A stretch of 32,349 nucleotides of DNA, taken from the NCBI GenBank assembly GCA_021432655.1, contig MU271303.1:62001-94349 (forward strand), read 5' to 3'. The stretch's first letter is position 1; each line of letters starts with the position of its first letter. A program made the position numbers and the translations under genes. Origin of the DNA: Atractiella rhizophila. Taxonomy: Eukaryota. The notes under the pieces were generated by a model. It ran no database searches, was not told the origin of the DNA, and saw nothing but the letters and a program-made list of their open reading frames with translations. Positions 10,135 through 21,893 of the stretch are shown piece after piece.

Positions 10135-13100
10135 TCAGTCTATTTGCATACGTTCTTGTAGATTCAAAACTTCTCTATATACTACATTCTCAGTTTTCTT
10201 ATTATCAGTCCCTTCCACTTGATGTAAATAAACTCTAAGATTCTTCACATTTGAAGCTCTTGACAGTCCGAGATAAAGTTGTCCATGAGCAAACACAGGG
10301 GTGTCCAAGTATAGGCCAACAGTCTCAACTGACTGACCCTGTGACTTGTTGATAGTGAGGCAGAATGCTAACTTGATTGGGAATTGCAACCGGCGTAGGA
10401 CAAAGGGAAATGAATTGGAGACTTTGCTATCCAAAGCGATGCGTGGAATGAGAACTGAGTTGCCTGCGAATGCACCTGTGACAATTGTCGCCTCAATGAC
10501 GCGAGAGAGTAGCTGGGTGACGATCAAACGTGTACCATTACAGAGCCCAGCAGAAGGGTTGAGGTTTCGAATGAGGATGATAGGGGCTCCGACTTTGAGA
10601 TGCAAGCGATAAAGAGGAAGGCCTGTAACATTGAGAGTATTAAGGTACTCGACCATAAAGCCTTGCTGAACATTCTCATTGTCATCCATCAAACGATCAG
10701 CACTGAGATAAATTCGTTCCTGTCGGGAGATAAATCTTCGGATAAGCTGATCGTTTATCAGGTCGACATCAACGTTTCGAGCAGTGAGGACCATGCGCTC
10801 TTGGAAGTATTGCCTCAGTTGATCACGATATTAGTCTTCAGTTATGGTGTTAAGCCCAGGATAGATGTCATTTAAGAGACCTTCCAGGCCACTTGATTGT
10901 GGGATTATTGTTCCATCCTTCATGGTGAATGGACGACAACCACAGTCATCTGGGTCGTCAGTTGCACCATTTCCGACTGACAGCAACAAATTAGCAAAGT
11001 CAGAAGCGATAGCAAAGTCATCAGCTGCCATATCAGCCTGGTGACGGAGAAGACGCATGTTGACGGTGAGAGGAAGGATCGTAACCGCTGGCCAAAACGG
11101 ACTGTTGATGACACATGCATCAACAATCTGTGCACGTGAAGCCTTGGGAATGACAGAGAGGCACTGTCGCATGTCACCTAATCTATTTATCAGAGGTGAA
11201 CTCTTTGAATTATCCCACTTACCACCTAGAACAAAAATTACTCCACCAAAAGGCGCATCTACTTTACGCATATCTCTCAGCATCCGATCGACCGCCTCAA
11301 AGCACCAACGATGGCTCATACCCACTTCATCCCATATTATCAATTCTGCCTCACGGCAAAGTCGTCCATGATCACTCTGAGCCTTAACACCACAGATTGA
11401 ATCTGCTTCAAGGTACAATGGTATTCGAAAGCGTGTGTGGGCAGTTCATCCCCCTTCCAACAGGATAGCAGCAATGCCTGAGGAGGCCACAGCAAGCACA
11501 ATCTTCCCAGTTGAACAAACTTTGGCAAGTAGTAAGTTTTCAACAAAAGTCTTTCCTGTCCCTCCTGGCCCATCAATGAAGAACAGACCTCCACTTCCCT
11601 CTTCCCAAGCTGCTATGATGGTGTCATAAGCATGACGTTGATCCCGATTAAGCAACAGCACCTCCCTGTTGAGACACTCTTGAAGTTGCAGACGATCATA
11701 TGCCAGCTCTTCACCAATTATTCTTGTCTCACCCCCCCACCTTTCTAATCTCTCTGTCTGTTGCGGTAGTCCAAAATCTGACAGAGACTTTGTGTGAGCC
11801 TGTAAGAGATCTTCAATCTCGAGGAGACAGAGACTGATGATTTGTTCTTCATGCGGATTGGCTATACCGTACTTTGTCTGCAGTAAGCGTTTGCAATCAT
11901 CGCTAAGTCGTTGATGATGGTTGTCCCATAACCTTCTTGGTTCACTTGCAACACCAAAAAGAAGGATATAGACAAAAAAGAGACCGCATAGCGTGACCAT
12001 TCTTGACTGAGCTGGCTTCCTCAAGGCAAAAGTCCCATTCTTCATCGCTTTCTAAAAGTCCCAGTGCCACACATGCGGCCTTAAATGTTTCATAAACCCT
12101 TCCCTCCACAGTCCGAACATTCTCAAAGGACTTTGGACTGGCTACCTTGTGTAAGAGAAGTCGGAGGTAGAAAAGCTCTCCTTGTGACCGTGCAACATAA
12201 TAGATCCTTCCAATAGCTTCTCCTCTCTGTCTGATTTTCCATGAGCGTGTGTTTGATTTCCAAGTAAGGTATTGAGGTGCTTTTGGATATGTCAAGTCCT
12301 CAGTAATGTCGGGGTGTTCCATTCAGAAGTCAAAAATTTGGGTTAGTGTGGTCTTGCTAATGTTTGGCCTGGAAAGGATATCATTGAGAGACTCTTCCTC
12401 TGGATTGAACGTGATAGACTGTTGATTGGGGAGGTGGATGGCTAATCGCTTGACTGTTGGAAAATGGTGATGCAATTGAAAGCGGAAGATGCGGGTAACA
12501 GGCTAAGATATATGTCAGACAATCTAAAATATGGTCTCAAAACTGCTTACCTTCAGAAGATCCAATGAATCTAGCATCGAGATACTCTTGGATCTCATCC
12601 ACCTCTTGAGCAGCATTGCCCCTTGTATCACGAATAATAGCTTGAGCTCGATCATGACCTTTATATACGTATTTGAAGAGATATTTCACAGATTTGATAG
12701 AGATGCACAGTTCGACGTTTATATGAGCCATAAAGCGTCGAAGAACGTATGGGTTGAATGGTACAACCCAACGATTATCCATTTGGTGTTTTCTGAAACG
12801 TACGTCCATTGTCACGGCATCGATAAGTTGGATATCCATCGTCATTGATGCCTGTCTCTGCTGCAAACGGTTTGGGGTACCCCTTGCTACAGATCTTTCT
12901 GCCTGGCCTTTTAGGATCCTCTACCATGCAGGGACTATCTGGATTAATGTCTCCACATGGTCCATGAAGCATATGCTGACACACAATATCGAAAAGCTCG
13001 GGGTCAGCATCTTTGTCTGGTAGTTCGGCGGATTCACTGAAGACTCTAGAGACCAAATCTGGTCTGTCTGTAGCAGTTTGTCCAGGCAGTAAAGCTTCAG

Positions 13101-14769
13101 TGATTTCTGGCCAGCGAGGATTGCAGGTAAATGTTGTAAAGATAGTAGGAGAGCCTCGGTTTCCAACAATCGCCATTGCATCCTGAAACTGTTGATTCAT
13201 CTGCCGAGGACTGCCACTGTGCGATGAGGGCAGAATAGTTCTCCTGCCAACATTTACAGGGTCTCGTCCATCCTCCAAGGCATCGCCAAGCCCAGCATAA
13301 GACTCTGTTCGGAGCAATCCTTGATTGAATCGAAGGAAGTTCAATTGTCCACTTTCAATTTGTGCATATGCATCACAAACAAATTCCTGAAAGAGACGGC
13401 CGCCATGATGAATGAGAGTGAAGGTGTCCTTTTTTAGATGGAGAAGGTAAGAGTAGTAGTTCATTTGAGTAACGTGATCCTGTTCTCCCATGTTTCCAAT
13501 GATTTGTCCATCATCGTTTCGATATTCCTCCCGTGGTCCAGGTCGAAGCAAATCTTTGTCCCGTAAGGGAATATAGGCATGCCATCCTTGCTCACCATAA
13601 GGAAACAAAAGTGGAAAACGCAGTGGAAGGTAGTTGGCATTCTGATCACTGACTTTGTCGTAATAGCGCTGACCATCAGGACATCTAAGTTTGACTATAA
13701 TGTCTCTTGTAACCCCTGCTGAGGCTCCTGATTACCCTCCAATGAGTAGAACCGCTATTTCTCCTATCCCATGGCCTGTTGGCTTATTGTATCGCCGAGG
13801 GTCCTTGTCCTTGGGATCAATAGTCCGAAGGTGTAGTTGTAGTGTGGGAGCGTCTTGCATTCACTCCTTCGCAATTTGATAGATATAAGGCCAGGGATTC
13901 TCGCGCCAGATCATCTCTTGAAGACTTCTTAATATATTCTCCTTTAACTTACTCCCCCCAACAACTCCTAACCTCTGCTGGATCTGTTCTGATGGATCGA
14001 GCATGTAGATCTGTACAAATTTCTCCTCACCATCAGAGTCTGGTAGCAGTGCCCCAATTCGATGACAAAGCTCTCCTTGGATCCGGAAAGAATAAACTCC
14101 ATGACCTGGAATAGGAGGTCGCTTGACACCAAGGGAAGTAAAGGAAAGAGCGTTGTTATAGGAACGTATATTCTCGCGGAACTGTTTCGATTCTGGTGCT
14201 TCAGGATTAAGAAGCTGGAGTAGTTCTGGAGGAGGGTCGTCATAAGCTGGCAGGACTACCTTTCCATGGAGACAGCAATAAGAAAACTCTGGTCTTCTTT
14301 TGGAGCTATCTGACGTCCTTTCCTCTAGCCAACGAAATGCACCACAGTGTGAGCAGAAGACAGTGTTCCAGCCGGAGAGTTTCAAGGTTTCAACAGTATG
14401 CGGAGAATAGTTGAATGCAGCAAAAGGATGACGGTCTAGCCTCTCATCCCATGGTGGAACATATCTTGCATTGTGTAGATCATTTTCTTCAAGGTCTTCA
14501 TCAGATGAGTCTGCATTGCTGCCTAATGGTTCTGGGTCTGGTTGGCGACGTTGACGGCGTTGCCTCTGCGGAGCATGTGCTTGCTGCTGCTGCCGAATCT
14601 CACGGGTCAAATGTTGAGGAGGTGTGGGTTGTGTAAGCTGAAAGCGCTGAGGTAACCCTGCAGCACGCCTCTCTGAACGCCGGGGAGGATCAATGGGGCT
14701 ATCTTCTCGCCTCTGCTGCTGGGCACGAATTCGTGTCTCAGCATCTTTTTTTTGCTTGGGACGGGGCAT
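10135..14769 (-). pseudogene. Helitron RepHel (Zn-finger, Rep, PIF1-family helicase) with stops, frameshifts and a HUH-motif deletion
   Basis: CSHCGAFRW..CCLHGKV, IRSYNNALSFTSLG, GSPRQM..QDAMAIV..PTIFTTFTCNPRWPEI, MLHGPCG, KYLFKYVYKG, GPGGTGKT, IIWDE, TINKSQGQS, HGQLYLGLSR; introns near 12500-12550 and 11180-11222. Confidence 0.95.
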
Positions 14770-14881
14770 AATGAAGTCTACTTGGCCATCAGAAGCACGT
14801 AACAGGCTATATTTCACTTACATATCAGTCCTTTCCTTCCCTCATGAAAGGCAAAAGCCAACTTTGGCACACAACCTGAGA

Positions 14882-15006
14882 TCAGAGAAAAGATCAAACC
14901 TCAGAGAAAAGATCAAGGCGCGCTAAAAAAAATTGCATGCAGGGCAATTCTGGGCACCGCTGCTGCGGCAGAATTTGGTTTATTGCGGGGCTGCTGCGGC
15001 AGAATT
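14882..15006. repeat. Two short direct-repeat pairs in the Helitron 5' untranslated region
   Basis: tcagagaaaagatcaa at 14882-14897 and 14901-14916; gctgctgcggcagaatt at 14959-14975 and 14990-15006. Confidence 0.8.
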
Positions 15007-15594
15007 GCGGGGACAGTGGTGGCTATTTCCTTGCTTTCAAGGTTCGAGTCCAGTACAAAACGCATTTTTTCAACCCTTTCAGAATAAAATTTCCTTGCAG
15101 GTTCAGAAAGGGGCAAGCATGTGAGTTATGATGGTATAATTCATTTCATTCTACTGTGCATGGTGTGGGAGGTGTGAGGGCTCAAAAGTGCGTCTTATGA
15201 CTCACGCCACGAAACCCAACGCTCTTAGAAGAATAGATTGGCTCCCGCGTCCCGTCTTCGCGCCTTTTCGTCGCCTTTCCTTGTGTTCACGACCTATTCG
15301 GTTGCAGTGAGTACATTCAGCCTACACGAATGTGACGAGATACCTCTGGAAATGCTTGATCAGCCGTCGTGAGGGGTCCTCATCCGCGGTCGCCTCTCTC
15401 GGTACACACAGTGATCTCCGAAAGATTCACTGGAAGCAAGTGAGTTCTGCCACATTCCTTCAGGCACTTACCAACCAGCAGAGCATCATCCGTGCCCTCC
15501 GCTTTGCTGCCAGATATAAAATGAGGTATGAAGAACCGTTGCTAACTCAGAAGCCAATCAAATCAAAATAACACAAGAGAAATCCCCATATACG

Positions 15595-16521
15595 ATGTCG
15601 ACCAAAATTTTGGTGATCACTGGCACCTCTCGCGGCATTGGGCTCGAGCTCGTCAAACAACTATCCGCCATGTCTTCCAATCTCACCTTTGCACTCGTTC
15701 GCAACCCCTCCAAGGCGGTCGAACTGGCCACCCTGGCGAGCCAGAGGAAGAACCTAGTCATCGTTCAAGCGGACACGAGCGTAACAGCAGAGATTACAAA
15801 AGCCGTTCAGCAAGTCGAAAAGGAACTAGCAGCCAGAGGTTTGAAGGGAGTCGATGTACTCATCAACAAGTAGCCCTCCTCTCACCTAACGACAAGTTCT
15901 CACGTTGGTTTGGTTACAGCGCCGGCATCGGTGGCCCTCGCGACGTCTGGACCAACGTCATAAGCAAAGCGACGTCTTGGGAGCCGGTGGATTTCCTCGA
16001 ACTCTTCCGAGTGAACGTCGTGGGAGTAGTGGAGACGACCAAGGGGTTCCTCTCACTGCTCCACGCTGGAAACGACAAGAAGATCTTGATGGCCTCCAGC
16101 ACAGTTGGATTGATCAGCCCTGTTGGAACTGACAAAGATATCCTTGGGCCTGGGAATCCCGGAGGATCTGCTCCATACGCCATGAGCAAAGCTGGTGCGT
16201 TCGTGCTTCAAGTACCAGTGGCCTATCCCTGATGTGAAGAAGGACTAAACATGGTTTCGAGGAAGCTGGCGACTGAACAACTTAAGCCTGAAGGTTTTAC
16301 AGTTATTCTGGTACACGTGTGTGCCTTCTTTCAGTCTTGTTTCGTCTTTCGCTCATGTAAAGGGATGATAGCCTGGCTGGGTAAAGACGGATATGGGAGG
16401 TGAACAGGCGATGTTGACCACTGAAGAGAGTGTTATCGGGTTGGTGAAAAGGATCGAAGAAATTAAGCCTGAAGAATCAGGCAATTTCTGGGCACCGGGA
16501 GAAAAGTGGGAAGGCTTCTGA
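15595..16521 (+). CDS. Short-chain dehydrogenase/reductase, CsgA/C-factor-like, 4 exons, apparently intact
   Basis: ITGTSRGIG Rossmann motif, INNAG across intron 15870-15919, YAMSK catalytic motif, VHPGWVKTDMGG; further introns at 16195-16242 and about 16317-16371; TGA at 16519-16521. Confidence 0.88.
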
Positions 16522-16789
16522 TGAAGGAGTCGAAATCCTACCTTGCATGATTGTTTCAGGTGTAAGGCAGGATAGACATAAAACAATGATGTTCGTTGTC
16601 TACAAAAAATGAATATATTTTCACGTTTTGAACTTACATGTGATTGAAAGAGAAGTACGAGAACAGGACAGGCTAGGTGTCACTAACTAATGTTTGAGAA
16701 TACGTATGATGGCTGAAGATCTCTTCCCAATGCAATGGTCTTAGAGCCACAATAGCAAGGTCACTTGTACAACACGGTGCGGTCAAGTT

Positions 16790-17911
16790 TCAATTCAAAG
16801 GCAATCCGGGCGACAGTAGTGAGGCAATCTTTCTCGCCTCACTAACATAACTCTCCATATATGCCTTGGCTGCGCCAACGATATCACTCACATTTCTCCA
16901 TTCTTCGACCGACGGGGGTCCTCCATCCTCGTCGAAACGAAAGTACCGATGTTCTTTATTCATGACAGTCAAAGTCCGTTTGACAAAATCTGCAATGCCA
17001 GCATATTGTCTCACGGCTTTCGCAAATGCTTCTACCGCATCGTCTCGTGTCTAGATGTCTAGTCTGACTCGCGGTTCTCTACCAGTACCAATAGACAGTA
17101 AGCATGAAATATCAGCGTGAGGTCCCCAGATGCACTTGAGCTCGTCCAAGGCAATACTAGTAGGATTGACATTGCCGTTGACTCCTGCGATGTACTCGGT
17201 GCGGTCTATCAAGACAGCCTTGAAAATGGCGGTCGTTGTCTGCAAGCGTCGACGAAGCTGCAATTGTGTATACTACTCAGACCTGGTCCATTGTAGGTTC
17301 GGAAAAATGCATCATTCGCAGGGGAAGCATCGTATGCGGGGTCACAAAGACTCGGCAACGGTCCTTAAAGTGATGATCTGAATCTTCAAAGGGAAGGAAC
17401 GAGGGATAAATCGACAAATCGGTAGAATGGGAAGTCAAAATTTCGATTATTGTGCCTGTAATTGCTTTAGAACCTGTAGGGCCTTACAACAGTTGCACGG
17501 AGTGCTTTAAAGCAGGGCCCGTATCGGGAAAATGTCTTTAGCATGGTGCTCAAATATCCTGTAAGCTTCTTGTGCTGTGAGACCTAGCCTCCCAAGCAAA
17601 AGCGCGATCAATCCTCCTGCAGAGCTGCCACAAATCAAGTCAAAAAAGTCGCACGGCCGGCAGGTTCCAACACGACAATATCCGCAGGCACGACACTTCT
17701 CATCAGAACCGAAGGAGCATGATGGAACGCATGATTTGATCCCCCAGTTCAGATGGTGGTCGAGCATGTTTTGAAGCGTTTCCATGATCCTTATGAGAAT
17801 GACAAGCTCAGAGAGACCGCGAATGCCTCCTCCGTCCAAGCACAAGACTCGAAGTGCGTGAGGATTTGGCACTTTCGTCGAACATGGTGGCACATAGACT
17901 TTGTCGGCCAT
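16790..17911 (-). pseudogene. Patatin-like phospholipase pseudogene, copy A
   Basis: LCLDGGGIRGL, FDLICGSSAGG, CRVFVT..FFRTY, NPT..SIGTG, YFRF; frame break near 17507-17520, frameshifts near 17340 and 17240, in-frame TAG at 17051-17053. Confidence 0.88.
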
Positions 17912-18363
17912 TGCAAGTTCAGGGCGCAGTTGCTGTCGCAGGAAACTCAACCCAGTGTCATATTGACTGTAATACATACCAGGAAGAGCGGACCAATAGC
18001 AGTCAAAGAGCATCAGCGGTGGCTTCCTTGTTGGCGTTTCAGATATCTGTGCCGCTTGGTGTCACAATCGTATTATCTCTCTCCTCTCACTTTCAAAGGC
18101 AGCGACTGGAAGAATGGAAGATCGGAGTGGGGATACGAAGACCTGCTAACTGAGCTGAGCGACTAGCTGAGCCGAGCTACGCATTCGTCTGCTCGGTCCT
18201 TTATTCCCCGATGCTAAGCAAGAACTAGGAACTTAACTTAGGAAGGATTGTTTTGGGGAGTGCGCACGGTGACAAGCGTAACGTCTTCGTTACACAGTAA
18301 TGGATTTAGTGGAGCTCTGAAAGTACTCTGAAACACAAAATAGTGAGGATTTCCCATGAAAAA

Positions 18364-18575
18364 TCACCACCTTCGCAGTCTTCGAACAGCAGGTCGCGTT
18401 CGACTCCAGTTGACCGTGGCAGCGGAATTGTATTCTCCCTTCAGAAAGTCTGCATCGTTCTCGAAATCCTTTCGAAATGCGCTAAGTTCTTCGCCTGCGA
18501 TTTTGAGTTCCTCCACATCCTTCTGAAAGATGCTTCTGATGTGTGAGGAACCCGCATCTTCAGCTTTGGCACATA
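18364..18575 (-). pseudogene. Duplicated 3' fragment of the helical-protein gene (copy of 21894-22105)
   Basis: Identical to 21894-22105 and cut at the duplication junction 18575/18576. Confidence 0.9.
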
Positions 18576-19162
18576 CCTTCTCATTTCCAATCCAAGAGTA
18601 CTTATGCTGGAGGCTCCGAAAGAGCTGTGGCGGACGAGTTGTATTGAAGCACCTCTCCCGCCACTCCCCGAAGTGCATGTAGGGGAGGGGTGTGCCCAAC
18701 AGCTCCTCGAAGATACGCCTGAGGTTACGCGCTCATATGCATAATCACTGGACGTTGATATTTTGAGCTCCGCCGAAAGGCGCGTGACATTTCTCCCTTC
18801 CGAGGGACGGTGGTTCCCGCGTAGCGTCTTCGCGTCTTTTCGTCGCCTTTCCTTGTGTTCCCCACCTATTCGGTTCCAATGATTACGTTCAGCTTCCACA
18901 AAGGTTCTGTGATATGTTTCTTTAAAGCGAGAAATGCTGGATCAACGATCAGGAGGGTTTATCGAGACCCGCGGTTGGGTTGCTTCTCCTTCGGCATTCA
19001 CTAGGAAGAGCAAGTGAGTTCTGTCGCCTCACGCGCTTACGAACAAGAAAAGCATAGTTCGTGCCCTCCACTTTGATTCAAGGCATAAAAAAAGGTATGA
19101 AGAACCGCTACTGTCCCAGAACACAATCGAAATAACAGCGCAGCATAGAAAGCTACTCTACC

Positions 19163-20060
19163 ATGTCTACCAAAGGTCTCGTCATCACCGGCACCTCTCG
19201 GCGCATGGGGCTTGAGCTCGTCAAGCAGCCTGCGGTGTCTTCTAATCTAATCTTTGCACTCGCTCGCAATCCCACTGCGGCGAGAAGAAGAACGTAGTTA
19301 TCGTTCAAGCGGACACCAGGGTGACGCTAGAGATCATAAAAGCTGTTGAGCAAGTTGGAAACGAACTGGCCGCCAGAGATCTCAAAGGAGTCTATGTTCT
19401 CATCAACAAGTAGACCTCTCTCGTACCAAGTTCTAAAGTTGATTTGGTTGTTACAGCGCCGGTGTGGGAGGCACTCGCAGTTTCTGGGGCCGCGTTATGA
19501 GCAAAGCGACATCGTGGGAGCCGGAGGGTTTCCTCGAACTCTTCCGAGTGAACGTCGTGGGAGTGGGGGAGACGACCAATGGATTCCTCCCTCTTCTCCG
19601 TGCCCGAAACAACAAGAAGATCCTAATGGTCTCTAGCACAGTTGGATTGATCAGTCCCGTTGGAACTGACAAAGACATCTTTGGTCCAGAAAACCTTGGA
19701 GGATCTGCTCTGTATGCTGTTAGTAAAGCTGGTGTCTTCCTCTTGTAATTATGAGGGGGGTGAGATTCCTGATGTGAAGTCAGGCCAAAATATGGTTTCG
19801 AGGAAGCTGGCGGCTGAGCTTAAGCCTGAAAGTTTTACAGTTCTTCTGGTACACCTGCGTGCCTTCCTTCAGTATTGTTTTCTCTTTTGCTTATGCAGAG
19901 GGATCATATAGCCTGGGTGGGTAAAGACGGATATGGGAGGTGAACAAGCGAAGTTGACCACTGAAGAGAGTGTCAATGGGTTGTGAAACGAATCGAGACG
20001 ATTAAGCCTGAAGAATCAGGCAATTTCTGGGCACCTGGTGAAAAGTGGTCAGGCTTCTGA
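19163..20060 (+). pseudogene. CsgA-like SDR pseudogene, copy B
   Basis: Clear paralogue of 15595-16521 with the same introns; nucleotide-binding motif changed to TGTSRRMG, frameshifting deletion near 19280 giving an early TAG, 1-bp deletion near 19983. Confidence 0.88.
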
Positions 20061-20332
20061 TGAAGGAGTCGAAATGCTACCTTGAATGATGGTTTCAGGT
20101 GTAAGGCATTCGCAGGATAGACGTAAAACAATGATGTGCGTGGTCTACGAAAAATGAATATATTTCAAGTCTTGAACTTACATGTGATTGAAAGAGAAGT
20201 AGGAGAACAGTACGGGCTAGGTGGCACTAATGTTCGAGAATACGGATAATAATATCCGAAGATCTCTTCCCAATACAATGGTCTTAGAGCCACAATAGCA
20301 AGGTCACTTGTACAACACGGTGCGGTCAAGTT

Positions 20333-21454
20333 TCAATTCAAAGGCAATCCGGGCGACAGTAGTGAGGCAATCTTTCTCGCCTCACTAACATAACTCTCCA
20401 TATATGCCTTGGCTGCGCCAACGATATCACTCACATTTCTCCATTCTTCGACCGACGGGGGTCCTCCATCCTCGTCGAAACGAAAGTACCGATGTTCTTT
20501 ATTCATGACAGTCAAAGTCCGTTTGACAAAATCTGCAATGCCAGCATATTGTCTCACGGCTTTCGCAAATGCTTCTACCGCATCGTCTCGTGTCTAGATG
20601 TCTAGTCTGACTCGCGGTTCTCTACCAGTACCAATAGACAGTAAGCATGAAATATCAGCGTGAGGTCCCCAGATGCACTTGAGCTCGTCCAAGGCAATAC
20701 TAGTAGGATTGACATTGCCGTTGACTCCTGCGATGTACTCGGTGCGGTCTATCAAGACAGCCTTGAAAATGGCGGTCGTTGTCTGCAAGCGTCGACGAAG
20801 CTGCAATTGTGTATACTACTCAGACCTGGTCCATTGTAGGTTCGGAAAAATGCATCATTCGCAGGGGAAGCATCGTATGCGGGGTCACAAAGACTCGGCA
20901 ACGGTCCTTAAAGTGATGATCTGAATCTTCAAAGGGAAGGAACGAGGGATAAATCGACAAATCGGTAGAATGGGAAGTCAAAATTTCGATTATTGTGCCT
21001 GTAATTGCTTTAGAACCTGTAGGGCCTTACAACAGTTGCACGGAGTGCTTTAAAGCAGGGCCCGTATCGGGAAAATGTCTTTAGCATGGTGCTCAAATAT
21101 CCTGTAAGCTTCTTGTGCTGTGAGACCTAGCCTCCCAAGCAAAAGCGCGATCAATCCTCCAGCAGAGCTGCCACAAATCAAGTCAAAAAAGTCGCACGGC
21201 CGGCAGGTTCCAACACGACAATATCCGCAGGCACGACACTTCTCATCAGAACCGAAGGAGCATGATGGAACGCATGATTTGATCCCCCAGTTCAGATGAT
21301 GGTCGAGCATGTTTTGAAGCGTTTCCATGATCCTTATGAGAATGACAAGCTCAGAGAGACCGCGAATGCCTCCTCCGTCCAAGCACAAGACTCGAAGTGC
21401 GTGAGGATTTGGCACTTTCGTCGAACATGGTGGCACATAGACTTTGTCGGCCAT
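20333..21454 (-). pseudogene. Patatin-like phospholipase pseudogene, copy B
   Basis: Near-identical to copy A (offset 3543) with the same frameshifts and stop. Confidence 0.88.
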
Positions 21455-21893
21455 TGCAAGTTCAGGGCGCAGTTGCTGTCGCAGGAAACTCAACCCAGTG
21501 TCATATTGACTGTAATACATACCAGGAAGAGCGGACCAATAGCAGTCAAAGAGCATCAGCGGTGGCTTCCTTGTTGGCGTTTCAGATATCTGTGCCGCTT
21601 GGTGTCACAATCGTATTATCTCTCTCCTCTCACTTTCAAAGGCAGCGACTGGAAGAATGGAAGATCGGAGTGGGGATACGAAGACCTGCTAACTGAGCTG
21701 AGCGACTAGCTGAGCCGAGCTACGCATTCGTCTGCTCGGTCCTTTATTCCCCGATGATAAGCAAGAACTCGGAAGGATTGTTTTGGGGAGTGCGCACGGT
21801 GACAAGCGTAACGTCTTCGTTACACAGTAATGGATTTAGTGGAGCTCTGAAAGTACTCTGAAACACAAAATAGTGAGGATTTCCCATGAAAAA

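Larger units (their letters stand above)
9953..15237 (-). mobile_element. Helitron with both termini present (5285 bp), non-autonomous
   Basis: Minus-strand 5' end TCTATTCTTCTAAGAG at 15237; 3' end ...CACACTTG at 9953 with a subterminal hairpin (9964-9984); inserted between A(9952) and T(15238); the joined flanks match an empty paralogous site near 18792-18820. Confidence 0.92.

Noticed and set aside
18364..18899. ORFs of 111 and 152 aa across the duplication junction as new chimeric genes
   Set aside because: They join non-coding SDR upstream sequence to a truncated gene tail; there is no evidence of a real start or of selection.
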